Below, piece by piece: positions 13,670-24,640 of a stretch of 64,000 bases of DNA; position 1 is the first letter of the stretch, and each line of letters begins with the position of its first letter. The translations under genes and the position numbers were made by a program. The DNA comes from Marsupella aquatica. Its lineage: Eukaryota; Plantae; Marchantiophyta. The notes beneath the pieces are model-generated. The model saw only the letters and a program-made list of their open reading frames with translations, searched no databases and was not told the origin of the DNA. Where the stretch lies: NCBI GenBank assembly GCA_973895155.1, contig OZ316898.1:5195079-5259078 (forward strand). The letters are read 5' to 3'.

Positions 13670-15039
13670 GATAGCCGTACGGACTTGTCGTACGACCTCT
13701 GGATTTTGAAACTTTTTGGAAGGGTGCACTCACGGGCTTGTTGGAATCAGCTCAAACGGAGCCAGGATGAGTAAGTTGGGGCCCGACAAAGTTGGTAAGT
13801 AAGTGATATTGAAACGGCCATAACTTGGTCGTTCGGCATCCGTTTTGGGAGCGGTTTTGTGATTCATGATCATGGGGAGTAGGGCTACCCAGGGGGGAGT
13901 TCAGAGGTGCAATCAGAGTGGCACATAGTTTCAGCAAGTGTGGGGTCCCTTGCATTTTTGTGGTTCACGGAGCGATGTTGGGGTGCCATCAAAGGCACCG
14001 TTGGTCCCATTGTTAGATTAGGGTTTTAGGAGCATGTGTGTGCCGCATGCTTTAGGATTAGGGATTTCTTTGTGAAGGGTTTTAGCGGCGCCGCTAGGGT
14101 AGCCGCCACCTTTGTGACCCCATGAGGGGGGCTTTGGTGTGTTTGTTTCTAGTATTTAGGGGGAGAGCCCCGGAGTAGTGAGGGGGGAACTCAGTCTAGT
14201 GTTGGTGTTAGGGAAGTTAGCTCATAGCTAGAAGGGGAATTCGAGCCAGAGTAGTGAGGTAGAGGTGTAGCGCTTGCCCTAGTGAGGTAGGAGTTGGGCA
14301 GACGGCAGGAGGCCGGGTTGTCCTTGCAATGTGTTACCACTTTTTGCCAAAAGATATGGATTTGGTTTGATTCCTCAAGTTTTGGTGTGACATTATCTTT
14401 TTTGGTTCACGATTGTATTCTTTCCCCAAGAAGTGTCTAAGGAATCCTTGCACGGTTTGGTTGACCATGTGAGTAGGAGGGGTGGTGATAGCACTCCACC
14501 AATGACCAATAGGAGTGTGTGTGTGGCGTAGTCCATGGGACTTGATCAAAAGCAGAGGGACTAGTCGGTAGACTTGATCAAAAATTACATTTCCGGGAGA
14601 AATAAACATACTCATCCTATATGCAATAGAATCCTAATAGTGTCCCTCCACGTTCCCGTCATACGATAACAAACGATTTTAGTAGGAGTAAAATTAAAAT
14701 ACGTATTTGTTGTACAAATCGTTTGATAAGCAGGTGACAGCTCCCTATGCCCTCAATCCCTGCTTTCCACTTGCACTCCCAACTTCAGTTAGGTTTTTGA
14801 GTTCCAATCTAGTCAGAGGCTTCACTTTAGAGTGTAGGCCCTGATAGTAACTTTAGACCGCAATTATATGTTTAGATACTTACTAAAGGGGTTGAAACTA
14901 GATGAGTGAACCAGCATTTCTATTCAAGTTAAGGGGCATTATTCTTTTGTACTCTGTTTGGCCCTTTTCTGTAAAATTTTTGTGTATACTCCAAAATTTA
15001 AGTTCATGGTGAGTTATTGATTGACATGGACAAACTAGT

Positions 15040-15640
15040 TAGTGTTCAAAACTTGGGTGAGACTGCGTATAGGCTTCCAAAGGTGCAATTATATTCAGGT
15101 AGAAGGTTCCAATAAACTTATTTATTACAACCTCTTGGCTCCCACTCTTAGATGTTGTCTGCCTGCCAGTTTGCATTTACGTGATAAGAGGGTGGACTGA
15201 CCTCTAGATTATCTTAGTGTCGAGTTTTGTGTGTGCAATGGGCTTTGGTGGAACCCACTTTGGGAGGGGGCTTTGTGCTAGAGTTGGTGGACTCATGAAG
15301 CTTGAATTGGAACCTCACTTCCCACACTGGAGACTGCTCTGACACTTGCTGGGAAGACTAATGTGGAGCAAACTTAGCACTTATGTGCATGGGCACTCTT
15401 GAGGTAGCATTCTGAAATGTGAAGAAATACACCCCCACATTTTCATATAGTGTGTGCAATATATTGGACAGCAGTGAATGCTAGGACCCAATAGGTAGCA
15501 ACAATGAGTTTCCAGGAACCCTCGTCCAAAATTAAAATCCCTTGAGCTACCAAGTATCTTGGAAGCCTCAAAGCACTCCTACAGGTGTGATGCTCACCAA
15601 ACAGCCGGGCCAACAGGGAGTTTAGCAAGCTGGTTCAGTG
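15040..15640. repeat. Dispersed repeat family A, copy 1
   Basis: Collinear with 24060-24640 (shared TATTCAGGTAGAAG, GTGATAAGAG, GGGAAGACTAAT, GAAATGTGAAGAAATACACCC, AGGACCCAATAGGTAGCAACA, CTCGTCCAAAATT). Confidence 0.85.
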
Positions 15641-16143
15641 CAAAAGTTACAGGTCTCAGTAGTTGTCCATAACTTGAGTTACAGGCAGCACTGTCTTACT
15701 GACGAGATAGTTAGCCGGTGCACTGCATTGACCAGCCCGAGCCCCTTAAATACCTTTGGCCCGCTCAAAGTAGAAGTTAAGGCTCCCTTCCCTCTCAGAC
15801 AATAATTTCCTCTCAGAGGTAAACACCCCGTCCCTGTGAGATCGGCGTTGTTATTTCACTTTTGTTGCCCCTCTCTTGACTTTTATGGTCCTTGGGCTTC
15901 TAATACGTTACCATTTCACTTTTGTTTTCTTGCACAACCCAAAGAGCTCTTTCACACGCCCCTAAAACTTCAAAACCCCACCTTTCACACACACATAAAA
16001 GTTCAAAACTGAGGTCAATTGTTTACCATGAGAAAAAAGCTGAAGCCTCCGCTGCTGCAGAGACATTTGATCAGACTTGCAAGGCTGATTGGCTGTGTCC
16101 AACAACATGCTCGGCCCTTGAGCCCCCACTCTTAAACCCTCCT

Positions 16144-16790
16144 GCCCCTTTAAAGAGCTAAGGGTTACCAGTAGCTCTCATTATAAAGTGCACAAGTTCA
16201 GGAATACTGCCCCTATAAAGAGCTAAGGGTTACCCATAGCTCTCATTATAAAGTACACAAGTTCAGGAATACTGCCCCTATAAAGAGCTAAAGGTTACCC
16301 GTAGCTCTCATTATAAAGTGCACAAGTTCAGTAATAGAATTGAGTTGCACAAAAGGTGGTGAGTGCAAAACTTTTGATTGGCAAGTGCTCCACCTTTTAT
16401 GATGAGACACTATTAAAAGGTGGCCAGTGCAAAACTTTTGATTGGCAAATGCTCCACCATTTATGATGAGACACTATTCAAAAGGTGGCGAGTGCAAAAC
16501 TTTTGATTGGCAAGTGCTCCCCACCTTTTATGATGAGACACTATTCACAGGAATGAAGAGTAATGAATAGTAGTGAGGGAGGGAATGAGGCTTTCATATA
16601 AGCATGTGTGATTTAATTGAGATGCAGAGTATGTGCAATGCTTGAAGGCTAGACTTTATTCATTTAAACTAAGTTTAGGTAACAAGGGAACTTTGTAAAG
16701 CATGTGTGATTTAATTGAGATTCATAGTATGTGCAATGCTTGAAGGCTAGACTTTATTCATTCAAACTAAGTTTAGGTAACAAGGGAACC
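16144..16790. repeat. Three consecutive local tandem arrays (3 x ~65, 3 x ~64, 2 x ~98 bp)
   Basis: Units start at 16145/16209/16274, at ~16351/16416/16480 and at ~16600/16698. A mostly single-copy homolog of the first two units lies at ~30690-30890. Confidence 0.9.
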
Positions 16791-18106
16791 TTTGTATCAG
16801 TGTGGATGTCTGGAGGTGAATGTTGTGCTTCTGATTGAGATTGCCTTCGTCACCCATTTCATGTCCCATTTTGTGCTTCTGATCGAGGTTGCGTCCGCCA
16901 CCTATTTCATGTCCCCATTCGTAGGGCTTTCCTCGTTAATGTTTTGCCTAGGTTGCCATGGCGATACCTTCCATGTCGTAAACCTGCAATCATTCTAGTC
17001 TTGAGACTATTGAATAGTCGTGAACTGTGGATGTGTTGTCTCAAACGACCACGGAGTCTTAGTTAGATTTGGAGTTAAGCTTTCTCTGAGTGATGCAGAT
17101 AATTGTGGTTGTCGAGAATCCTCAGGATGTCATCGTGAAATCTGATCTCTTCTTTTACCTCAACTCGATCGGATCAGCTGTAACACTGTTTCGAGGAAAC
17201 TGTTGTACGATGCGAGGCAATCAATGCCCAGTCGAATTGCAGTTCGGATTTGGAATAGCTCAGCTCGGCTCACTTAGCTGGGTCAGTCCAGCTAAATGCC
17301 AAGTGACAGATCAAGGTTTGTGCGAGTATATTCGAGTGACAGATCAGAATTTCACAATGCCTTCTTCTCAGGCTTTCTCCTCCTCGCCACCAAGATCCCC
17401 ACATGAATTCAAGGAGATCCCCGGTGGCTATCTCGAATTCCCGAGCTGTCACAAGCTAACACTGCTTGGAGCATTCCCAATCTGCTAAGAATTACTCGAC
17501 GTTGCTTCAGTTGCTTTTCGGTGAGCTGGTACCGAGCTGTGTGTAGCTACATGCTGACGAATCCAGTGATCCCTGTTAGGGTTTAGGGGTTTAGGGGTTC
17601 TTTCTTGGAGGGTGATATACAAGAGCACTTTCGCGAAAGTTTCTCCGAGGGCAATGTGCAGGGAAATGGCGGTGGTTGCTTTGGGATTTGAAAGGAAGAA
17701 TTTCTCATACTTTTTGCTCTCAAAACTTGTAGTTTCGTTTCTCAAGTTTGGACGGCAAAGCTGGGATATTTCTCGAAGAGTACAGCAGTTTTAAATTCTT
17801 CATTCTCAATGCAGGAGGAAGTGATCCTGGAGAAGATACTGCTTCTGCTAGGCTTCTAGGGGTACCTCCAACAGTTACGTTGAGCTGAGATTCCTCTGCC
17901 CGAGTAAGATTTCCCCAACAGAGCTTACGCCCGGTGAATTTTCTGTCCTTAGTCTGAGGGGAAGGAAAGATGAGACTTGAAATTTGAGGGCTCAGTAAGA
18001 TTGCACTACTTTGACTGATTTGAACGTTTGCGAACAGGTAAGAGCATAATTGTCCCAACTGTACGATTAAGCTCTCTTCTCCCGGCACGGGAACCGAGCT
18101 GACTCA

Positions 18107-19323
18107 ATGGAAATTTTGGATATGGACCCCTTTAGGCAACACTCCACAGCTAGGTATGATCAATTTTGTACGCATACCATTTTGTTGCATTATGATGTGA
18201 CCAAACGACCTTGAATACATTCTCAACAAATACGTTTGATTTGCAGAGTTCATCCTACATCGTCCGGTTTGATTGGTATTGGCATCAGCCATTGTTCTGG
18301 TACAAGCGCTTCAGGTAATGAGGCTGAAGAGCGATTTGAACGTTGTGACTACCTAGTTTAAACGAAAAACCCTTGTTTCAGAACCTCGGTGACATTTATA
18401 GACTGAATTTCCTCCTATGATCCTTACGTCATGAAGACTTGACTTGAATTTCATGTTTGATTTTTTTTTCATGCCCATGGAAGCAGAGGGTGGTGGGGTT
18501 GTCACATTCATGTCATATGTGTCTACTCTCGATGGATTCTTTAGAGCCAATTGAAAGAATGCTGGATAGGCTGTAATTTTGAATTGTAGGAGAGGGAGGG
18601 GGAGCGCTATCATATTCATGTCATCTGTGTCTAATCTCAATGGGTTCGATCGAGCCAATCTACAGATGCTGGCTAGGCTTTATTTCTGAATTGTAGTCTC
18701 TTTTAAAAAATCTGAGATTCTGGTTCGTGTATAGCGAAAGGCGGTGTAGGCAACTTACAAATTAACGCCTGTCTAGGTGCCCTAAGAGTCTATCCTGTAC
18801 ACAACCCAAGGATCACATGTAACTTCTTGACTAAGTTTTTTAGGGCCAATTCGATAGGCTCTTGACTCTGTCCTTCTATGGTCACAGTGAAACACTGGAG
18901 TACGAACGAGCTTATTGATACTTGAGCTACCTCGATATGCCTTCACAATTATTTCAGTATTCTATTCTAAAATCATTGCATTCTTGACAGTTAGCCGTTA
19001 CTCTCAGTTGAAAAGGAGTCGTATCACTATTGCGAGTTATCTGTACCAAAGATCACAGCGGAGCAAGGGAGACAAGAAAATACGTCTTTGGACGGAGGTA
19101 GGCATGCATCCTAGTCGTACGACTCGAGAGACTTACCGGTCTGCTATGTACTTGTGAACCTCGTTGGAGAAAGATAATTGAGAAACAGAGTCCTCGAGAA
19201 ATACATAAAGATTCATTTCACCTCGTGGAATCCAGATCTCCTGGATTTTCTCCTGGTACTAGATCTGATCGTCGGTTGTGGTCTTGACAGAGGAAACCCA
19301 GAGCACCGGAGTTCAATCATAGG
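18107..19323 (+). other. Candidate upstream coding exons of the DYW-PPR gene
   Basis: Exons 18107-18153, 18247-18314, 18991-19097 and 19291.. have GT-AG borders with compatible phases (2,1,0) and splice in frame to the 19324 ORF. The 107-nt exon is conserved without indels upstream of the paralog. Confidence 0.45.
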
Positions 19324-22300
19324 ATGACAAGGAACGCACTTTGGGTGGATGGATGGTCAACTCCAGCCTGGGTTAAGGCAAGGGCTAATTTTATTACTCA
19401 CTGCAGATCTCAATCTCATGTCAGTTATTGCACGAGAGATTGGTCTCAAGTCACTGCAGAAAGAAATGGCAGTAGGCACATGCACAACGTTAGTACCATG
19501 CGTGAAACCATTGCGGTTTTGAAAGATCGTGTACAACGAGGCATTACTATAGACTCGTACACATATGTGAAAGTTCTGCAAATGTGCTTGCAAGAGAAAG
19601 ACCTTCCAGCAGCCAAGCAAATTCATGATTGCATCATCGCGAGTCGAATTGATAAGCATCCATATGTGGCCATCACGCTCTTAAATGTGTATATCAAATG
19701 CGGAGGATTGTCGTATGCACGTAGAGTTTTTGATCACCTTCAGAAGAAGAGTGTTATTACTTGGACCAACATGATTGCAGGATATGCTAAGAGTGATCAT
19801 GTTCAGTCTGCATTCGAACTTTTCAATCAAATGCGCCAAGAAGGCGTCCAGCCTAATGAGATCACATATCTGACCATCCTGAAAGGATGTGCCAGCCCAT
19901 TAGATCTAACATACGGAAAAGAAATTCATGAGCATATTCGACAGGCCGGCTTTGAATTGGACGTGCGTGTAGGGACTGCCCTCCTACAGATGTACGCAAA
20001 ATGTTGGGGCGTTCCCGAGGCAAGGAAAGTTTTTGAAAAGCTGACCAATCGAAATGTCATTACATGGAATGTTATGATTGGAGCATATGCAGAACGTGAT
20101 CATGGTCTGGAAGCATATCGACTGTTTCTTCAAATGAGACGGGAAGGTTTAGAACCAGATGCATTCACTTACGCGAGCATCCTGAATGCATCTGCAAGTG
20201 AGGGGGCTTTGGAATGGGTGAAGGACGTTCATGGCCAGGCTAGCGAAGCGGGAGCGGACTCGGATTTGCGTGTAGGCAATGCACTGGTTCACATGTATGC
20301 ACAGAGTGGCAGTATAGATGATGCCCGACTAGTGTTTGACAAAATTGAGAAACGCGATGTAGTCACATGGAATGTAATGATCGGTGGACTTGCACAACAT
20401 GGATGTGGGCATGAAGCATATCGACTGTTTCTTCAAATGAGACTTGAAGGATTCGAACCAAATGCAATCACTTTCCTGAGCATCCTGAATTCATCTGCAA
20501 GTGCAGGGGCTTTGGAATGGGTGAAGGAGATTCATGGCCATGCAACCAAAGCGGGACTGGAGTCAGATTTGCGCGTGGGCAATGCAATGATTCACATGTA
20601 TGCAAAGATTGGCAGTATAGATCACGCTCGACTGCTTTTTGACAGAATGGAGGAACGCGATAAAGTCACATGGAATGTAATGATCGGTGGACTTGCACAA
20701 CATGGATATGGGCAAGAAGCATATCGACTGTTTCTCCAAATGAGACTTGACGGCTTCGAACCGAATGCAATTACTTATCTGAGCATCCTGAATGCATCTG
20801 CAAGTTTGGGAGCTTTGGAGTTAGTGAAGGCCATTCATGGCCATGCTACCAAAGCGGGACTGGGGTCGAATTCGCGTGTGGCCAATGCAATGATCCACAT
20901 GTATGCAGAGAGTGGCAGTATAGATGATGCCCGACTTGTTTTTGACAAAATGGAGAAACGCGATGTAGTCACATGGAATGTAATGATCGGTGGACTTGCA
21001 CAACATGGATGTGGGCATGAAGCATATCGACTGTTTCTCCAAATGGGACTAGAAGGTTTGGAACCAGATGCATTCACTTACGTGAGCATCCTGAATGCAT
21101 CTGCAAGTGAGGGGGCTTTGGAATGGGTGAAGGACGTTCATCGCCAGGCGAGCATAGCGGGGTTGGAGTCAGATTTGCGTGTAGGCAATGCACTGGTTCA
21201 CATATATGCAGAGATTGGCAGGACAGATGATGCTCGACTAGTGTTCGACAAAATGGAGAAACGCGATGTAGTGACATGGAACGTACTGATCGGTGGACTT
21301 GCACAACATGGGTGTGGGCATGATGCATATCGACTGTTTCTCCAAATGAAACGTGACGGCTTCGAACCGAATGCAATTACTTATGTCAACATCCTGAATG
21401 CGTCTGCATGTGACGGGGCTTTGGAATGGGTGAAGGAAGTTCATAGCCATGCTAGCAAAGGAGGACTGGTGTCGGATTTGCGTGTGGGCTCTGCGCTGCT
21501 TCACATGTATGCAAAGAGTGGCAGTATAGACGATGCGAGACTGGTTTTTGACAGAATGACGAAACGCGATGTAGTCACATGGACTGCAATGATCGGTGGG
21601 CTTGCACAACATGGATGTGGGCAAGAAGCATATCAACTCTTTCTCCGAATGAGACTTGAAGGCTTCGAACCAAATGCAATCACTTATATGAGCATCCTGA
21701 ATGCGTCCGCAAGTGCCGGGGCTTTGGAGTGGGTGAAGGAGATTCATGGCCAGGCTAGGGAAGCGGGAGTGGAGTCAGATTTGCGCGTGGGCAATGCAAT
21801 TCTTCACATGTATGCCGAGAGTGGCAGTATAGATGACGCCCGACTGGTTTTTGATAGAATGGAGAAACGCGATGTAGTCACATGGAATGTAATGATCGGT
21901 GGACTTGCACAACATGGATTTGGGTATGAAGCCCTGGAAATCTTTAGAAAAATGACCGCTGACGGTGAGAAGCCCGACAATTACTCGTTCGTGGCAGTAT
22001 TGTCAGCCTGTTGTCACGGAGGCCTTGTAGATGAAGGCCGTAGACTCTTTTCAGCTATGACGCACGATTATGGGATCGAGCCCGATATCGTGCATTGTAC
22101 GTGCATGGTGGATCTTCTTGGGCGGGCTGGACTTTTGGAGGAAGCGAAGCTCTTCATTAGTGACATGCCAGTGGAACCAGATGAAGTAACTTGGCAAGCC
22201 TTGCTTGGGGCTTGTAGAACTTACGGTAATGTGGAGTTGGGCGAATTTGCCGCTAAAGAGCTTCTGGAGTTGGATCCCAATAATGCTGCTGCGTATGTGC

Positions 22301-22797
22301 TCCTCTCCAACATCTATGCTTCAGCTGGCAAATGGGAGAATAAGTCATTGGTACGCACCGTGATGCAAAAGAGACATGTTTGGAAGGTGCCAGGACGTAG
22401 CTGGATTGAAGTTGACAAGAAGATCCATACATTTGTTGTAGGGGATAGATCTCACCCAGAAGCGAAGGCAATATATACCGAGCTCAATAAATTGACTGGG
22501 AAACTGAAGGCTGAAGGCTATATTCCGGATACCCGACTTGTGTTGCATGATATTAATGAGGAGGATAAAGAACTAGCTCTTTGCTCTCATAGTGAGAAGT
22601 TGGCTATTGCTTACGGACTTATGCACATACCTCAGGGGAAACCAATTCGTGTATGGAAGAACCTTCGGGTGTGTTCAGATTGCCATACTGCAACCAAATT
22701 TATCTCGAAGGTGGCTGGACGCGAGATTATAGCCAGGGATGCTAATCGCTTTCACCATTTTAAAGATGGCATTTGTTCTTGTGGCGATTACTGGTGA
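19324..22797 (+). CDS. PLS-class pentatricopeptide repeat protein with E1-E2-DYW cytidine deaminase domain (candidate organellar C-to-U editing factor)
   Basis: 26 PPR motifs (L-S, 7 x P-L-S, P2-L2-S2), E1/E2, PG box PGRSWIE, HSEKLA, KNLRVCSDCH and terminal HHFKDGICSCGDYW. Confidence 0.97.
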   Translation: MTRNALWVDGWSTPAWVKARANFITHCRSQSHVSYCTRDWSQVTAERNGSRHMHNVSTMRETIAVLKDRVQRGITIDSYTYVKVLQMCLQEKDLPAAKQIHDCIIASRIDKHPYVAITLLNVYIKCGGLSYARRVFDHLQKKSVITWTNMIAGYAKSDHVQSAFELFNQMRQEGVQPNEITYLTILKGCASPLDLTYGKEIHEHIRQAGFELDVRVGTALLQMYAKCWGVPEARKVFEKLTNRNVITWNVMIGAYAERDHGLEAYRLFLQMRREGLEPDAFTYASILNASASEGALEWVKDVHGQASEAGADSDLRVGNALVHMYAQSGSIDDARLVFDKIEKRDVVTWNVMIGGLAQHGCGHEAYRLFLQMRLEGFEPNAITFLSILNSSASAGALEWVKEIHGHATKAGLESDLRVGNAMIHMYAKIGSIDHARLLFDRMEERDKVTWNVMIGGLAQHGYGQEAYRLFLQMRLDGFEPNAITYLSILNASASLGALELVKAIHGHATKAGLGSNSRVANAMIHMYAESGSIDDARLVFDKMEKRDVVTWNVMIGGLAQHGCGHEAYRLFLQMGLEGLEPDAFTYVSILNASASEGALEWVKDVHRQASIAGLESDLRVGNALVHIYAEIGRTDDARLVFDKMEKRDVVTWNVLIGGLAQHGCGHDAYRLFLQMKRDGFEPNAITYVNILNASACDGALEWVKEVHSHASKGGLVSDLRVGSALLHMYAKSGSIDDARLVFDRMTKRDVVTWTAMIGGLAQHGCGQEAYQLFLRMRLEGFEPNAITYMSILNASASAGALEWVKEIHGQAREAGVESDLRVGNAILHMYAESGSIDDARLVFDRMEKRDVVTWNVMIGGLAQHGFGYEALEIFRKMTADGEKPDNYSFVAVLSACCHGGLVDEGRRLFSAMTHDYGIEPDIVHCTCMVDLLGRAGLLEEAKLFISDMPVEPDEVTWQALLGACRTYGNVELGEFAAKELLELDPNNAAAYVLLSNIYASAGKWENKSLVRTVMQKRHVWKVPGRSWIEVDKKIHTFVVGDRSHPEAKAIYTELNKLTGKLKAEGYIPDTRLVLHDINEEDKELALCSHSEKLAIAYGLMHIPQGKPIRVWKNLRVCSDCHTATKFISKVAGREIIARDANRFHHFKDGICSCGDYW

Positions 22798-23299
22798 CCA
22801 GATCGAAAGGTGTGTCCAAAAGTTACTTGAAAGCAAAACTCAGTCATCCCGATTTGCCTTTCTGTTCCATGCTTGCCATTCGTTCTTCTGTTCATATTTG
22901 CCCATTTTTCTATTTGTTCCAATCTGTCCTCCCCAAGAAATGAGGGATGTCTTCAGTAGACAGATTCGCCAAACGGAATAAACGCAAATTCACTTCATAT
23001 CGATCTAAAGTGAAGAATAATTTTAAGCATATGTATTCAGTAAATTCCTTCTGTGCTATGGTAAATGAGAAGAACGAATGATGATATGCAATTACATAGG
23101 CTATAAGACATTCATCCACACAAAACCAATAGTACGGAAAAGCTCGAACATTTGATCTTCACTAAGCACATCAGTTGGAAATATTGACACACAAACTTAG
23201 TTCACTAGCTGGAGAAGGAAGTCGAATTCGAAAGACCCTGCCTCTGAGAAGCCAGGCCAAACTTCAATTTCTCTTGCAACGTAATCTGTAAATTTAATT

Positions 23300-23700
23300 G
23301 ACTTTAGTCCAATTTGCATGATTGCACTCGGCGATTGCACTGCAGAGCAGAATCACAACAATGCCACTGAGCAACGAGACTTGTTCGCCAGACAAGAAGT
23401 CGAGCAAATAAAGTCATATTCAGCAAGATCTCTTGCAGAAATCCCACAGTTCCAAAAAGTGCGAGAAGAGCAACATCGATACCCTGCAGCGAGCTACCGC
23501 ACTCTAAACTCAATGACATGCTGAAACGAATTCAGGAGGATTACACATATCAAGGATGGGAGACGCCAAGTCAAAAGCGCAGGCTCTGTGAGGTCTACAA
23601 CGCAATCTAGGGAGAAAACAGAGAGCGTCTGCCCATTCAACCGTGAACCTTAAAGAAATCCATTCACACTCTGCATTAAAGCTCTCGTGGAAGTGCTTTA
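23300..23700 (-). pseudogene. Possible degenerate cysteine-containing LRR (F-box/LRR-like) remnant
   Basis: Minus-strand peptide GQTLSVFSLDCVVDLTEPALL..VR*LAAGYR..FWNCGIS resembles LRR-CC repeats; many stops. Confidence 0.25.
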
Positions 23701-24059
23701 ATTCAAAAATGAAAACAGCTGATCTCTCTGTCACACTCGTCTCCCTCCCTCTCATTGTCCACTTTCTCTTTCGTTGTTGTTGCTTAGCAATGTGAAGCAA
23801 TCTTGGTCCAAAGTTTACCATCTCTTGGCAGATTTTCTAAGCTCAAGAAATCATTGATAAATCCACATTCCAGCATTGCCAGGCATCCAACGACGCTGGC
23901 AATTTATAAACACTGACGCAGCTTCAAGACATGAGTTCAACTCTCAGAAGTGCAGATGACTCGAATTAATACCTTTGCACAATTCCTCACTGTGGAGAAG
24001 TTAAATCCACACTGCAGCATGCCCAGGCACCCAAAGACTCGGACATAGGCGATCACAAA

Positions 24060-24640
24060 GTAGTGGTGTTGAACTCTTGGGTAAGACGGTCTTTAGGCCT
24101 CCCAATCAAAGGTTCAAATTTATTCAGGTAGAAGCTTTATGGGAAACTCATTTATCAGAACCTCTTAGATGTTGCCTGACCTGCTTGCTTGTATTTAAGT
24201 GATAAGAGAGTGGAGTGACCTCTAAATTGTCTAAGCAAGTGTCAAGTCTTTTTTCTGCAAAGGGCTTTAGTGAAACTCACTTTGGGATAGAGGTTCGTAC
24301 TAAAGTTGGTGAACCAGTGAGTTTTGAACTCGGAACCTCACTTGCCTCAATGAAGCTTGTTGGGAAGACTAATATCTAGCCAAAATGCATCCACACATTA
24401 GAGTTGGCGTTTGGAAATGTGAAGAAATACACCCTCATGTCTCGCCTTCAATCTGTGCGCAATGGGCAGCATTGAATGACAGGACCCAATAGGTAGCAAC
24501 ACATGATTTAGGTTCCAAGGAACACTCGTCCAAAATTGATTTCCCTCCAGTTAACTCACTAAGTATCTTGGAAACAGCAGAGCACTCCCACAGGTTCTCA
24601 CCAAACATCCCCACCAATGGGGATTCTAGCAAGCCGGTTT
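24060..24640. repeat. Dispersed repeat family A, copy 2 (same orientation as copy 1)
   Basis: Collinear diverged match to 15040-15640. The motif TTGGCTGTGTCCAACAACA also recurs at ~16089 and ~25452. Confidence 0.85.

Larger units (their letters stand above)
10400..14700 (+). mobile_element. Putative GC-rich transposon-derived segment with an accessory coiled-coil ORF; class and ends undetermined
   Basis: Abrupt GC/G-run-rich block, internal 36-bp repeats, an intronless disrupted ORF, and short TGACGG/CCGTCA inverted motifs at ~10387-10560. No RT, integrase or transposase motif seen. Confidence 0.5.

Noticed and set aside
17576-17598. TTTAGGG-like motifs (also ~1740 and ~48032) as interstitial telomere or telo-box promoters
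   Set aside because: Only 2-3 imperfect units, which are common in plant genomes; function cannot be supported from sequence alone.
19357-22548. Antisense ORFs within the PPR genes (also 49220-50967)
   Set aside because: Shadow frames of repetitive coding sequence.
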